From the NCBI RefSeq assembly GCF_009914755.1, contig NC_060936.1: 64,000 nt of DNA. One strand, given 5' to 3'. Both the position numbers and the translations under genes were made by a program. This stretch comes from the human T2T-CHM13v2.0 reference genome, Homo sapiens. A model generated the notes under the pieces. That model saw only the letters and a list, made by a program, of their open reading frames with translations, was not told the DNA's origin and made no database searches. This document shows, piece after piece, positions 51,816-64,000 of the stretch; position 1 is the stretch's first letter; every line of letters begins with the position of its first letter.

Positions 51816-53023
51816 GGGACACTGCTTAATGGAGAAAATAATCACCAAGCACCCAATGAACAAGATTACAGAGCCACAAAAAGAAAAGTGCAGAAACAGG
51901 AAGGGGGTACCTTGCAGCCAGTCTTCTTGACAAGTCATACTTCTGGAAGTTCATGTACAGAGACTAAAAGCTATGTTTTGATTATGAGGCATCCCTTCAC
52001 AGGGCCTTACCTCAAAGCTCAGAAGTGTATTCCAGAGTTGTCCGAAAACTACATGGAGCATGCAAATATTTTCAACATTTGTTAGTTATATTTGGAATCA
52101 TACTGTACATGGCAATTAAAGTTAAATATTCCTTCGCTTCACCTCATATTTTGTCTTTTTGGCATCCATGTTATTCAGTCCTCTAACATCTTTCATGTAG
52201 TGGGAACAATTTTCCAGCAGTTTTGCACATAGTATTTTCAGTTCAACTATAAGGATTGTGTAATATCTAAGTGGGGAACCCCATAAAAGAGAAAAGCAAC
52301 CCAAAACAAAAATAAAACTGGGACATACCAAAAAAGTACGATGGATATTTGGGGTGACAGTGTTTCTCTGGAAGCAGTACTCTACTCTCAGAAGCTCTGT
52401 TTCCACAAGGGTGGAGAAACTGTCAGCTTCCTGTGCAGTAAGCACAGTGCATGCACGCTGGGAGCAAAGATCTACAGTCTTACACAAATACACACAGACA
52501 CACCCTCATCCCTTGTATCCTTAGGTTATAAAATGCCACTTATAATCTATAAAATAGACTACATATATATCATCTATGTCATATATATTTTATTTGTATG
52601 TGTGTGTATATCTGTAGATCTATATACCTCTATCCATATTCCTCACATTCATTCCCTGTCCATCTCCAGTGGGCTCTACACAAAGACACAAGATTTGTGG
52701 AGCCAACACGAGAGGGGCCAACTGCCTTAGACCAGAGTATGGACTGTAAGATACATCAAGAAAATAAGGAATGGGTATTATCATTATCTCCTGACTGTAC
52801 TAAAAATAAAAATGGTTTTCACTAGAGAGGGCTTCCCTAATGCCACAGATTTTGTATCTAGGGGCCTCTCTTACAAAAGGGACCCGAACAGCCAACTGGG
52901 CAATGACTCCTCTATCATGAAGTGGGCTAGTTTCTCTTCTCAAGGCAAGGCCCATCAAGATCCATTAAAAAAAAAATGAAACTCTTGAGACAGCAAAAAT
53001 TGAGATTAAAATCTAAACGATAA

Positions 53024-53338
<315 letters not shown>

Positions 53339-54084
53339 TCAAAGATAAAAATGTCGGGGTGGGGGAGTACATTTACAGTATAAAGCACACACATTTAAGT
53401 TTTCAAAGATGAGTAGAGAAACAGTATATGTTAAATAATATTTAAATACATAGTACTTTGTCTTAAACTAAATCATTGGCCACATGTGAATGTCATTACA
53501 GCCTGCTGTGGTTTAAGAAGCCCGCTACAATGAGCAAATTGCCTACAATGTGATTGTATGGCTGGTGCAAATAATCATATGGTCTATGACCCATGGACTA
53601 AAGAGGGTTTGAGTTTAAATGAAGACAGTCCACTGCTACATCCAAGCTCCTCACTGCAGTGGGAGTCTGCTCCTGTTCCTGGTATTTTCTTACATACATT
53701 GCACTAGGGGCAAAGATGTGGTGGCGAAGTGGAAGTCCAAGAGAATCTTGAACTTAGATGTCCTGGATTTCCCATATTTTGAATTCCCCATCCCTCCTAA
53801 CACTCTAGTCCCTGGATCTGCAGCTTCAGGTTATAGACAAACAGCTTATTTCTGATGATTACTTGTCCACCAATAGACCAAAGCATTGTTTTAGGATGTG
53901 GTAATTTGTAGTACTTCATACTATGTTCAGAGCAGTCAAGTTTTGTTTTTTGTTTTTTTTTTTTTTTTTTGTCATCAATTTAGTTTAGATTTGGTAACTG
54001 AATGGAATAATCACAGGTCACTTCTTTATTCAAATCCATGTTGTGTTTGAAATACATCTTAAACCAAGGTAAGAACAAAATAAC

Positions 54085-54318
54085 AGCATTGCTTGGGCCT
54101 TTCTTATGGGCTAAGGGATTATTAACATTATCTCACTCATTCTTCTCACTCACATAATTAGGGAGGTGCTATTACTACCTGCATTTTTTAGCTGAGGAAA
54201 CTGAAGAAATGTAGAGGGTAGAAAACTTGCTTAAGATCCCATAGCTGGCTTATACATGTCAGAGCCTGACTTCAAATATAAGCAATCTAATTCCAAAGAC
54301 CCCTTTTAACCACCATAT
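54085..54318 (-). mobile_element. MIR SINE
   Basis: attatctcactcattct...gctgaggaaactgaag...aacttgcttaagatcccatagct...agagcctgacttcaaa. Confidence 0.8.
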
Positions 54319-54696
54319 TTCTATGTCTCATCTAGAAAGTACACTCAGAAAAATCATCATAAATACCCTAGAAAATGCAAATGTGATGTTTAAATTCACT
54401 GTGATACTTTATGGGGTATTGTCTAAACAGAAAATCATAGGAGCCTGAGTGCCAGGATAATCTAGAAATAGATCTCAAGGTTTCTATCTCCATAATCGTC
54501 TCTCTACATTTTGGACTTAGAGCCATGCTACTATTTTCATATTTAAAGGGTTGTTTTTATATTAAAGTTATGACTGTACTCAACTCTTTCTCCCATAAGT
54601 ATATTCTGTGGGAGACTCTTCAGATAGTGCTCATATAGATAATGGTATAAAATTTTAGCTTGAGAGCTAAACAATAGGTCCTATTTTCGTTATTCT

Positions 54697-54806
54697 CTTG
54701 GGATAATAAAATTAATAACACTCACAGGGTCACTAGGCTCTTGTCAAACCACTTGGGATAATAAAATTAATAACACTCACAGGGTCACTAGGCTCTTGTC
54801 AAACCA
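54697..54806. repeat. Perfect 55-bp tandem duplication
   Basis: CTTGGGATAATAAAATTAATAACACTCACAGGGTCACTAGGCTCTTGTCAAACCA occurs at 54697-54751 and again at 54752-54806, identical. Confidence 0.98.
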
Positions 54807-55689
54807 GTCATTGAGTCTTTCTCATTCAAAAGATGCATTGCGATAATTGACCCAGGACTTTGTTTTAGTGTGTGTGTTTCAATAGGATCCTTACCAAAAC
54901 ATCAGAATAATACCAATCCTGAATAGCTTTGCCATTTGTTTCAAGGATGAACATAGCACTTTAATTTTCCAAACAGTGTGTCATTGCTACCACTCTCCAG
55001 GGCAGTCCAGGACAAAGGCAGTGAAACTGAAAACACTTGAAAATTCACAGTCATCAGTCAACAGCATTAATTGAGTGTCCATGTGGTTTGGAACCACAGT
55101 AACAAAGTTTCTTTACAGAAGTCTCAGTTCCAAACACTCAGTGTCATCTTGAGATCCCATCGGCCAACTTTCAGTTTGGAAAGTACAAACACCTTAGAGT
55201 AACAAAACAAGAGCTTGACTTTTTTTTTTTTTTTTTTTTCCCATTTAAGCACTGCAAGTATTTATTTTTACAGATTCTATTGTTCTTTGGTGAAAATATC
55301 ATGAAATGAAGATTCATTAGGAAAAGGGTAACATAGTGAAGAAGTTCCAGGTGCAGAGGCCTAGAGAAGTCATTCAAAGCACTGCAGTGAGCTGTTTAGC
55401 AAATGCTGTGTCCAAAGCAGCAGCCAATACTCAGCTTCTGCCTGGAGTTCCAAGCAGAACTGGGGAAGCTCTGTGCCAGAAAATACACTTTTTCAAGATA
55501 AGTGAGAAATACAGATTTTTATGTGACAGTTACTGATGTTTAAAGTTGGCAATTACTTCAAATATGATTTTTACAAACATTATGTAGGCCAGATTTGGCC
55601 CTTTGGTTAAAAACCCTTGTGAAAAGTATTTTAGATAAAAAAAAATCTTGTTTTCCTCCTAAAAACCTTTTATAGAAAAGAAAGCTAAG

Positions 55690-55870
55690 TTGTCTGGCAC
55701 CTGCTAAGTGCCAGGCATTGTTCTATATGCTACTGTATAAAGTAGAATGAATTATTTCTATTGCACAGATGGAGAAACTAAGACAGAGATCAAGCAATAG
55801 TCCTATGATCACTCAGCTAGTGTATTCATCTAAGTCTGCCTGTCTTCAAAGCCATGTTTTCCCCCATGAT
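55690..55870 (-). mobile_element. MIR SINE
   Basis: gcacctgctaagtgccaggcattgttcta...cacagatggagaaactaagacagaga...gatcactcagctagt. Confidence 0.8.
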
Positions 55871-56277
55871 ACCCATCTTTGACAAGTTCCAGATAGATAG
55901 AAACAGAATTGGAGGACGATTTCAGTATATATAACCATCTGAAATAGAATTTGATACAAAATCAAGGTAAAATATATGGGATTTACCATCTGCAGAAAAA
56001 ATGACAGAGAAATGGTTGGTCACATAAAAATGATATCAGCGGGCTTGTTACCTCTAATTAGATATCTCAAATGTTATCAAGGAAACTAAAACATAACTAA
56101 CTGAAGTTCTTTAAACTGTGAGCTAAATAAACATTTAACATTGTAGAGCAGTCTTTAAATATTCGAACAGTATCTAGAAAACCAAAACGCAAAAGAACCA
56201 AAGGAGAAGAATCAATTTTTGTAACACTTTCCATGGAAAAGGTGCCCTGGTATGTTACCTTGACATTTCATTGCACA

Positions 56278-56834
56278 CAGATGGTCCTGACTTAAAATAG
56301 TTCGACTTACAATTTTTTTGGCTTTACCACAGTACAAAATGATATGCATTCAATAGAAATCATACTTTGAATTCTGATCTTTTCCCAGGCTATCAATATG
56401 TAGTAGGATACTCCCTTGAGATGATAGGCAGTGGTAGTGAGCTGTAGCTCCTAGTCAACCACGCAACCATGAGGGTAAACAACTAAGACTCTGCAATGCA
56501 CTGTGTTGCCAGAGCTTTTCGGATATTGTATTTTGTGTTTTTGCATCCCATCATGTATACAAAATGCCCATCTGTGTCTCCTGATTCTGGTACAGTATTC
56601 AGTAAATTAGATGAGATATTCAACACTTTATTTGAAAAGGCTTTGTGTTAGATAATTTTGCCCAGCTGTAGGCTAATGTAAGTGTTCTGAGCACATTTAA
56701 GGTAGGTGCGGCTAAGCTATGGTGTTCATAGGTTAGATGTATTAAATGCTTTTTCAATTCCTGACATTTTCCACTTAGGATAGGATGTGTTTATCAAAAG
56801 GTCAACCCACCCATTGTAAGTTGAGGAGCATCTG
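56278..56834 (-). mobile_element. MER47/Tigger5-family Tc1/mariner DNA transposon (non-autonomous)
   Basis: Inverted termini CAGATG...CATCTG followed by TA. Internal ctgtaggctaatgtaagtgttctgagcacatttaaggtagg...taggttagatgtattaaatgc is typical of MER47. Confidence 0.88.
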
Positions 56835-56905
56835 TATTCTGGTCTATTGTGAGTTAATGAATTAACTCTTCTGAGGGAGAGAAAGGCATATTAGGCCTTA
56901 TAATC

Positions 56906-57223
<318 letters not shown>

Positions 57224-58484
57224 ATTAGTTAAAACCATTTTACGGCTTCTCCCTCCATGTTCATGAAACCATCTTCATAAACATAGCAACAAACAGCCCA
57301 AGGAGACCTTCCTACTGATGAGATTTCTAGTTATCTTGGTAATTAAATGTCTCAACTAAATATATATATGTCTTGTAAATTCAGTTAACATGAATTAGTC
57401 CCCAGAATCCTGTAACTCCTAAAATAACTACTGCAAATAAGCTTCTAAGTCCTAAGTCTAAGGACTTGTTGTGGCTGTACAGACCTTTCCCAGCATTCGT
57501 TTAGCCCAGTCTGGAAGTTTACAATCCCTTGACAGCAATGGGGTATGCAGTGCCCCTTTTATAACTGTCGTTACTATGCCACTTTACTTCATTCTCTCAG
57601 TTAACATACCATTGAGTTTCTTCTTCATCCTTTTCCCCTATCCAAGCATCAATTTAAGCTGCATAGAAATTAAAATACTGCTGTTATAAATCATAAACAT
57701 CTATTTCACAAAATATATTCAAAATTATCTGACTGTACATTATACTTCAGTTTCACATCATACATGCATTTTTATGAGAATTTCAACTATTTTCATATAG
57801 GAAAAATAGGACAAAGTCTAAGTAGTTAATGTAACCCATATAATTCTACCACCATTCTACTCAACTCACCCATGGCTCACACAGGAGATGTGAATTTGTA
57901 GTTGAATTCGTCTCAGATCTCCTATGCATCTCATTGTATAAGCATCTCGCCATTAGAATGATTCTGGTGTTTAAAGAGAAGTATTTTTCATGTTGCTTCT
58001 TATTGCATGGTTCTCAACACAATCTGTCTACATCCCCTGCTTCTCATCTAAAGAGCAAGATATTCCATGGTTGGAGGAAAAACTAGCTGTATTGCATCTT
58101 ACTGAGGAATGGTATACTGGTCTCAACTATAAGGCTTACTGGGGATTTTCAGGAATTCATCATTTCTAATATTCACCGTAAACACTGACTTTTTGACCTG
58201 GCTCCCCATTGGGGTCTGATTCCATGAAATGCAAATTAGATAATGCCTACTTAACTTTGGTTGGATTCTCTTCTCTACTCTCATAGGTTTGATCATCTTG
58301 CCCTGTTGCTCAATATTCTGTCAACCAATCCTGCCTCAATTTGCATTCACTAAGGATGACCAGGCTAAAATAAATACATCTAAATGAATGACTGAATGGT
58401 AAAACTATAGTTTACCAATAACATACAGAAATAGCCATAGATTCTCTTCTTTTGCCTGTTTATATTGTTTTAATGTATCTATCT

Positions 58485-58675
58485 CCACTTACTATCTGAG
58501 TCTGAGCAAGTTATTTGGACTTCTTGGGTCTCAATTTCCTCCTATGTATATGAGGATCATAATATACCCTGCTTTGTTGTGACAATTGAATGATTTAATA
58601 CACAGGAAAAACCCAGAAGCATGCCTGGCACATGGTAAGCAATATTTTAGAATTAGCTAGTATTATTGTTATTGT
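58485..58675 (+). mobile_element. MIR SINE
   Basis: ccacttactatctg...gagcaagttattt...tctcaatttcctc...gcctggcacatggtaagc. Confidence 0.8.
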
Positions 58676-59699
58676 TGTTTTTCTATTTTAAAAATATACT
58701 GAATCCTGTGTTAAGTTCTAGGAGGCAAAGATGCAAAAGGTAAGATAGTGATCATCCCTTTAATAAGGTAATAAGGATAGCTGAAATTTCAGTGGAAAAG
58801 AAAAGCAAAATCAATAACTATGATTCAAAAATGGCCCTCTATATATGCCTTCTTAGAATATGGTCTAGATTTTTCAAATAGGTATGCTTCCAAACCATTT
58901 TTCATCTCCATGTGTATACCATGTGAAACAAGTTTAACTTTTCCTTCATTTCTTTTATGCTACCAGATTTGTTTTCCATTAAGCACTTCTATGTAGAATT
59001 AAGTTAGAAGTAAGTTCACAGGTTATAAAACACAATAGGTTTCTCAAGTAATCTTCTTTGAATATGGTCCCCCAAATTTTTAGAGATAATAGTTATTAAT
59101 AAAGGAAAACATATTTTAGAGGATGACAAGAGAAGGTGATAGTGAATAAATACTTTCCAAAAGGACAAAAAGACATTATTAGTAGGCCACAGCAAACAAA
59201 ACTAAAAGGATACAGTATAGAATTTAAAGGGGATAAAATTTAAAGGGGAAAGGTCTTTTCATATGCTCTAAGCCAAGGGGGCCCATTTATAGCTTTGGGC
59301 TTAATTTAATAACTTTAAGCAAGAACACTTAACTACCTACACGAAGGACCAACAGCATAAATCAGATATCAGTCCACATATTTCAAGATCAAAGCTGTAA
59401 AGCAAAATGATTTGTAGGAGCACTCAAACAGCTCCAATATATTATAGGTCTTTTCAGAGAATACTTAAGCATATTAGTTATCCAGATTAGGATTTTGTTG
59501 TTGTTGATGGAACCAAAAAGAAAAATACATGCTATTGGGACTCTTTTTTTTTTTCCTTCTCACCTACAGGATACTTTCAGTGAATTAAAAGCTTTCTCCA
59601 ACGTACTTTAAGGATAGATTACTCATATAAATCTAATTCACTGGAAAAGTCCTAAATATATAAATTATTAGGAAAAAATCCAAATTTCCAAATTGCTAA

Positions 59700-59987
<288 letters not shown>

Positions 59988-60724
59988 CAAAATTGTTAAT
60001 TCCTACTGAAATAGTGTCACTTTTACCAGCATTATAATTTGCATCAAGTCATGAGATTTCTCCCACAAAGAAGCTAAGAACCATATTCTAGTACCAAATA
60101 CAAGACAACCACATACACATTTGTTATTAGTATGCGTTTTCTAGATTATGTATTCCTCTAAGGTCATGTTTAGGCAATCTTTTTAAGTTCCAATAAAACC
60201 ATATACTACTCCACTATTGGAATTATCTTCCAAAACCTCATTTTCCTGCCATTTTACAAACCTCTGATGTTGCCACAATTTTTAAAAATTTATTGAAACA
60301 GCATTCGTGCACGAAGACACCATAATCAGCATGCCTGTGTTTTTTACATCCATGAATGACTGCAAAGGTTTTCCTGTCTTTCCCCACAGCTAAGTTTATT
60401 ATTCATTTGCTATTATGTTGCCAGTGTACCATAAGGAATAGAACTAAGCTGTCCTGGCATATAATTTTTCTGAGGGTTTCCTCAACTAAGTTGATGTTAT
60501 TCTCATAGACAGTAGATATCCACTAAAAGTCATTTTAAATATATGGTATATTAATTATTTTAGATTGAAAGCAACGTATTTTAAAAGTCCTCAATATATG
60601 GAAGGTTAGAAAAAAATCTAATATAAAAAAAATTTCCAAAACTTCTTCCTGAAAGTGCCACATTGTTTCAATTTTTATGTTGTTTTCCTATAGCACATAC
60701 AAAATTAAGATTCCTGAATCAATA

Positions 60725-60965
60725 TGGTTTGAGCACCAAAGTTGGAGCCAAACTGCGAGGGTTTAGTTCCTGACTCCACTTCTTTCTAACTATATGAACT
60801 TAGCAAGTAATTTAACTTCTGTGCTGAGTTTTCTTATCTACAAACTGTAGACATTGATAGTACCTACTCGCCTTCAATTAATTTGTGAGAACTGATGTAT
60901 GTAAACACTCAGAAAGGTGTCTGACACAGAGTAACCACTCATTACATATTTTTGTTGTTATTTAC
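60725..60965 (+). mobile_element. MIR SINE
   Basis: ttggagccaaactg...aacttagcaagtaatttaacttct...agttttcttatctacaaa...gatagtacctactc...ctgacacagagtaa. Confidence 0.8.
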
Positions 60966-61399
60966 TTTACTAACAATATATAATTTCATGCTATCTGTAT
61001 TTCTTTTGTTCAAAAGCTTTAATTATACCTATCTGCAAATACCTTAGATTTGATTCTGGTTTTTCAGTAGAACTTTTAACAATAAGATGAAAAATTACAG
61101 TAGAGATAAATGGACAATTAGATAGCCTTACAGCTAATCAAATAACATCTGGCAGTCATTGACAACCAGAAAGAAATCTTTAGTAAAATAAATGCTCTAA
61201 CTTTAATTCTACCTTATTTGATAGTATGATCAACAACAAAACTAAGGTTGTAAAAAGATTTTCCCAAGTACATACAAAACAAAAATCTTAGAGAAACAAC
61301 TATTACACTAGATGATAGAATCACTATTCAAAAACATTTTAACCAAAATGATTACATTTAAATCAATACTGATAAATGTAAAGCTGCCAAATTCAAACA

Positions 61400-61905
61400 A
61401 CCTATGGCATAAGCACAGGATAAAAGAGAAATGATTTCAAGCAGTTCAGATAAGATTTTGACAGAATATGAATTCAATATGAATAAACATCATGTTACTT
61501 TCAAAATACTAAATGTGATTTTGAGGTGTGTTAATTAGGACAGACACCCTAAATAACAATGCTAATAACCTCACTATTTCTGGACTAGGAAGAATACATG
61601 TAACGTTTTGACTCTGAGTGGTACAGCTAACAAAAGAGTGGGTCCTTCACAGTCTTGGTGAAACATTACCTGGCTGAAGGATCTAAAACAGAAATATTTC
61701 AAACAACTTCCTTCAATTGTTTGAGGAGTATCCCAGAACAGGATTTGTACTCATTCTTTACAGGTCCAGAAGGCAAAATTAAATAGAATTATAGGAAATC
61801 AGATTTTTGGCTCAAAATGAGAAAATATATTCTCATACATAAAGCTACTTAATGGACTATTTTGTGAAGAATAGAGTCTCTAGTTTCTGGAAATCTTAAA
61901 AAAAA
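61400..61905 (+). mobile_element. L3/CR1 LINE 3' fragment
   Basis: ctaaatgtgattttgaggtgtgttaat...ccagaaggcaaaatta...cagatttttggctcaaaatgagaaa...ttctcatacataaagct resembles the CR1/L3 3' consensus. Confidence 0.65.
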
Positions 61906-62149
61906 TCTCTATAATGATTTTTTAATTCAGTTAGTCAATCAACAAGTATTTATTGTTTTGCTACATTTTGCAGAGTAGTGTGTTAGATCCAGTGAATAAG
62001 ATAATGAATAAAGAAAGACAACAGCATTGACAGTGCTCACTGCCAGCCTGACACTGCACTAGACACTCTGAAACACATTTTCTCACTTACCATTATAATG
62101 GGATATAGATATGGGTCTATCTATACCCTTACACAGATATATTACCATC

Positions 62150-62865
62150 CTTATTGAAAACTCTTCTGTATGCTTACAGAGGGATCTTTACAAACTAAAC
62201 ATACCCTTGAAATACCTGCTTTAAAAATATGTAATCACTTCCCATTGCTCCTAGAATAGATATCACTTAACATGGCCTATAGGATTCTGAGTTCCACCTC
62301 AGATGCACTCCAATCCTCTCCCTCAGCCCCACCATTCTCAGACACTGCTAACCTCCCAAGCTATTTAAAATCTATTATTTCTCATAGTGCTATACACTTC
62401 CTCTTCATAGCACTTACCACATTCTAATTTTATGTTTGTCCGTGTCACTATTTATTTAGTATATTTCTCCCCCACTAGCCTGAACATTCTAGAAAGGAGA
62501 GACTATGCGTGATTTTGTTTGTTCTAGGAGGCAATAAATCATCTTGACAATGAGGGCAGGTGAGAACAGACCACCTGGGTTTGAATTGTTGTTTTGCTAC
62601 TTACTACCTGTGTGTCCTTCACAAGCGCTGAACTTTTCTGTTCCATAATTTCCTCAGCCCTAAAAGAAGGTTAGTAATAGAACCTGTTGTAAAGATTAAA
62701 TGAGCCCACATGTGTAAAACACTTGAAACAGTGCCTCATACATAGACATTCCATAATAAATGTTATCCATGATTAATATTATTTGTTTGCCATTGTACTC
62801 CAAAGCTCCACACAGGGTCTGCAACATGGAAGGTACTTAATAACATTCGTTGAATGAATGAATGC
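62150..62865 (+). mobile_element. L2 3' fragment with nested MIR
   Basis: cttcccattgctcctagaata...ctcccccactagcctgaac...gaaggtacttaataacattcgttgaatgaatgaatg (L2 tail). Confidence 0.75.
62540..62780 (+). mobile_element. MIR SINE
   Basis: cctgggtttgaat...tacttactacctgtgtgtcctt...gttgtaaagattaaatgag...tgtaaaacacttgaaacagtgcct. Confidence 0.85.
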
Positions 62866-63479
62866 TGAAGCTGACATGGAGAAATTATAGGAGATGAACT
62901 CTGGCTTCATACCTAAGACTATCAGAGTCCAAAGACTACAGGATATGCTTCTTATTATACTATGCTCTCAACTAGATAACATGAGAAAGACAACAACCAC
63001 AGGTTACTGGGGCATAGAGTAGGGAGCAATTAATATGACTGGGAGAGTCAGTCAAGATAATCAGAAAGGAGAATTTAACCTTATCTTTAAGAATAAGTAG
63101 GATATTACCAGGCAGAAACAAAAATAAAAGGCATTATCAGCAAACAAACAAAACCAACAAAAAAACAACACTGGAAGGACATCAAGGTAGCAAAATATTT
63201 AGAGAATTCTGAGTAGTATGAGGTGAGTGAACATAGGTTAAATGGTTAAGTCATAAAGGTAGAACATGAGTAAATTAGAGAAGAACCTACACGAATGCTG
63301 AGAAATTGTTCTGAAGAAAATGGAAAGTCATCAAAGCCTTTACACAAGCCACAATCTTAAGAGGCGTTTGTTTTTGTATCTGCTGTTTAACTTATTCTAC
63401 AAGGATTTGATAGTTCACTCAACACAAGCACTCATTTGAAGCAATATTGAAATAAATCATTTAAATAAGGTAAGATGAG

Positions 63480-63900
63480 GGCTTTATAATAACTCCAGGA
63501 ATGGCAATGGGAATAGAAAGCAGAAAATAGAAAGCAAAACTAATTGCCCATAAACAAGGGATTGGATGCATTAACTCTGGTACATATAGAAGATACTGTG
63601 ATATGAAAATCAAGTATAAAGAATATTTAACTATATAAAAAAAGTATATGCCCTTAAACAAAAAAGTAGGCTCTAAAACTATTACAGCATGAGTTTCTAT
63701 TAAAAATATGTTATTAATAAACATTATATCTTACACAAATTTACCTTTTTTAAAACAAAGACTATATGCCAAAATCTTGCTGGTTATTTTCTTTGGTTGG
63801 CAGAATTAGCATATTTTAAAAATTATTTTCTTCTTTTTGCTCTTTTTCCCCTAGGATTTCTCCAATGAACACAAAATGCTTTTGTAAAAAAGAAAACATG
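63480..63900 (+). mobile_element. Old L1M 3' UTR fragment
   Basis: ctaattgcccataaacaagggattggatgcattaactctggtacata resembles the L1ME 3' end. Confidence 0.55.
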
Positions 63901-64000
63901 ATAAAACACATTAAAAAAAAGTAAAAGTAGGTGAAAATGTCAATGAAATTCTGGTTTGTAGAACCATCAAAACTTGGAAAAGTTTAATAAGACCACCAGG

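Noticed and set aside
54697-54806. CRISPR-like interpretation of the direct repeat
   Set aside because: There are only two abutting copies with no spacers, in primate DNA. It is a simple tandem duplication.
59221-59249. AATTTAAAGGGGA repeated with 16-bp period (similar short duplications near 32359 and 26750)
   Set aside because: These are ordinary slippage micro-duplications.
59541-59610. Strong plus-strand acceptor-like tract (a similar one lies near 63825-63854)
   Set aside because: There is no good downstream donor. T-rich runs ending in AG are frequent by chance.

Overview
This is AT-rich primate genomic DNA. Dimeric AluJ and AluS elements show it is primate; it is most likely human, but the sequence alone cannot exclude another ape or monkey. 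I found no protein-coding exon I can recognise and no rRNA, tRNA or CRISPR array, so I name no gene. The supplied ORFs are Alu-derived, L1-derived, low-complexity or chance frames. The window looks like a large intron or gene desert. It holds about 14 Alu/FLAM copies, one near-full-length ancient L1M (~19.5-27.1 kb, +) with five nested Alus, many L2 and MIR fragments, an L3/CR1 fragment, solo ERV LTRs, and MER5 and MER47/Tigger DNA transposons. Repeat families were assigned by eye from remembered consensus motifs, so subfamily calls and the boundaries of old elements are approximate. Orientation bias of the L1s and LTRs suggests a host transcript on the minus strand (inference). Between the repeats are several repeat-free blocks that look like enhancers (~16.0-16.5, ~29.8-30.5, ~34.5-35.2, ~46.8-47.6 kb), plus a palindrome-bearing block resembling an ancient repeat at ~4.6-5.0 kb. 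The most distinctive directly visible signals are several short patchworks of direct and inverted copies of adjacent sequence, resembling fossil templated-insertion repair scars (21.56, 35.76, 37.47, 56.9 and 62.09 kb), and a perfect 55-bp tandem duplication at 54,697-54,806. I found no convincing evidence for a new multi-component biological system.
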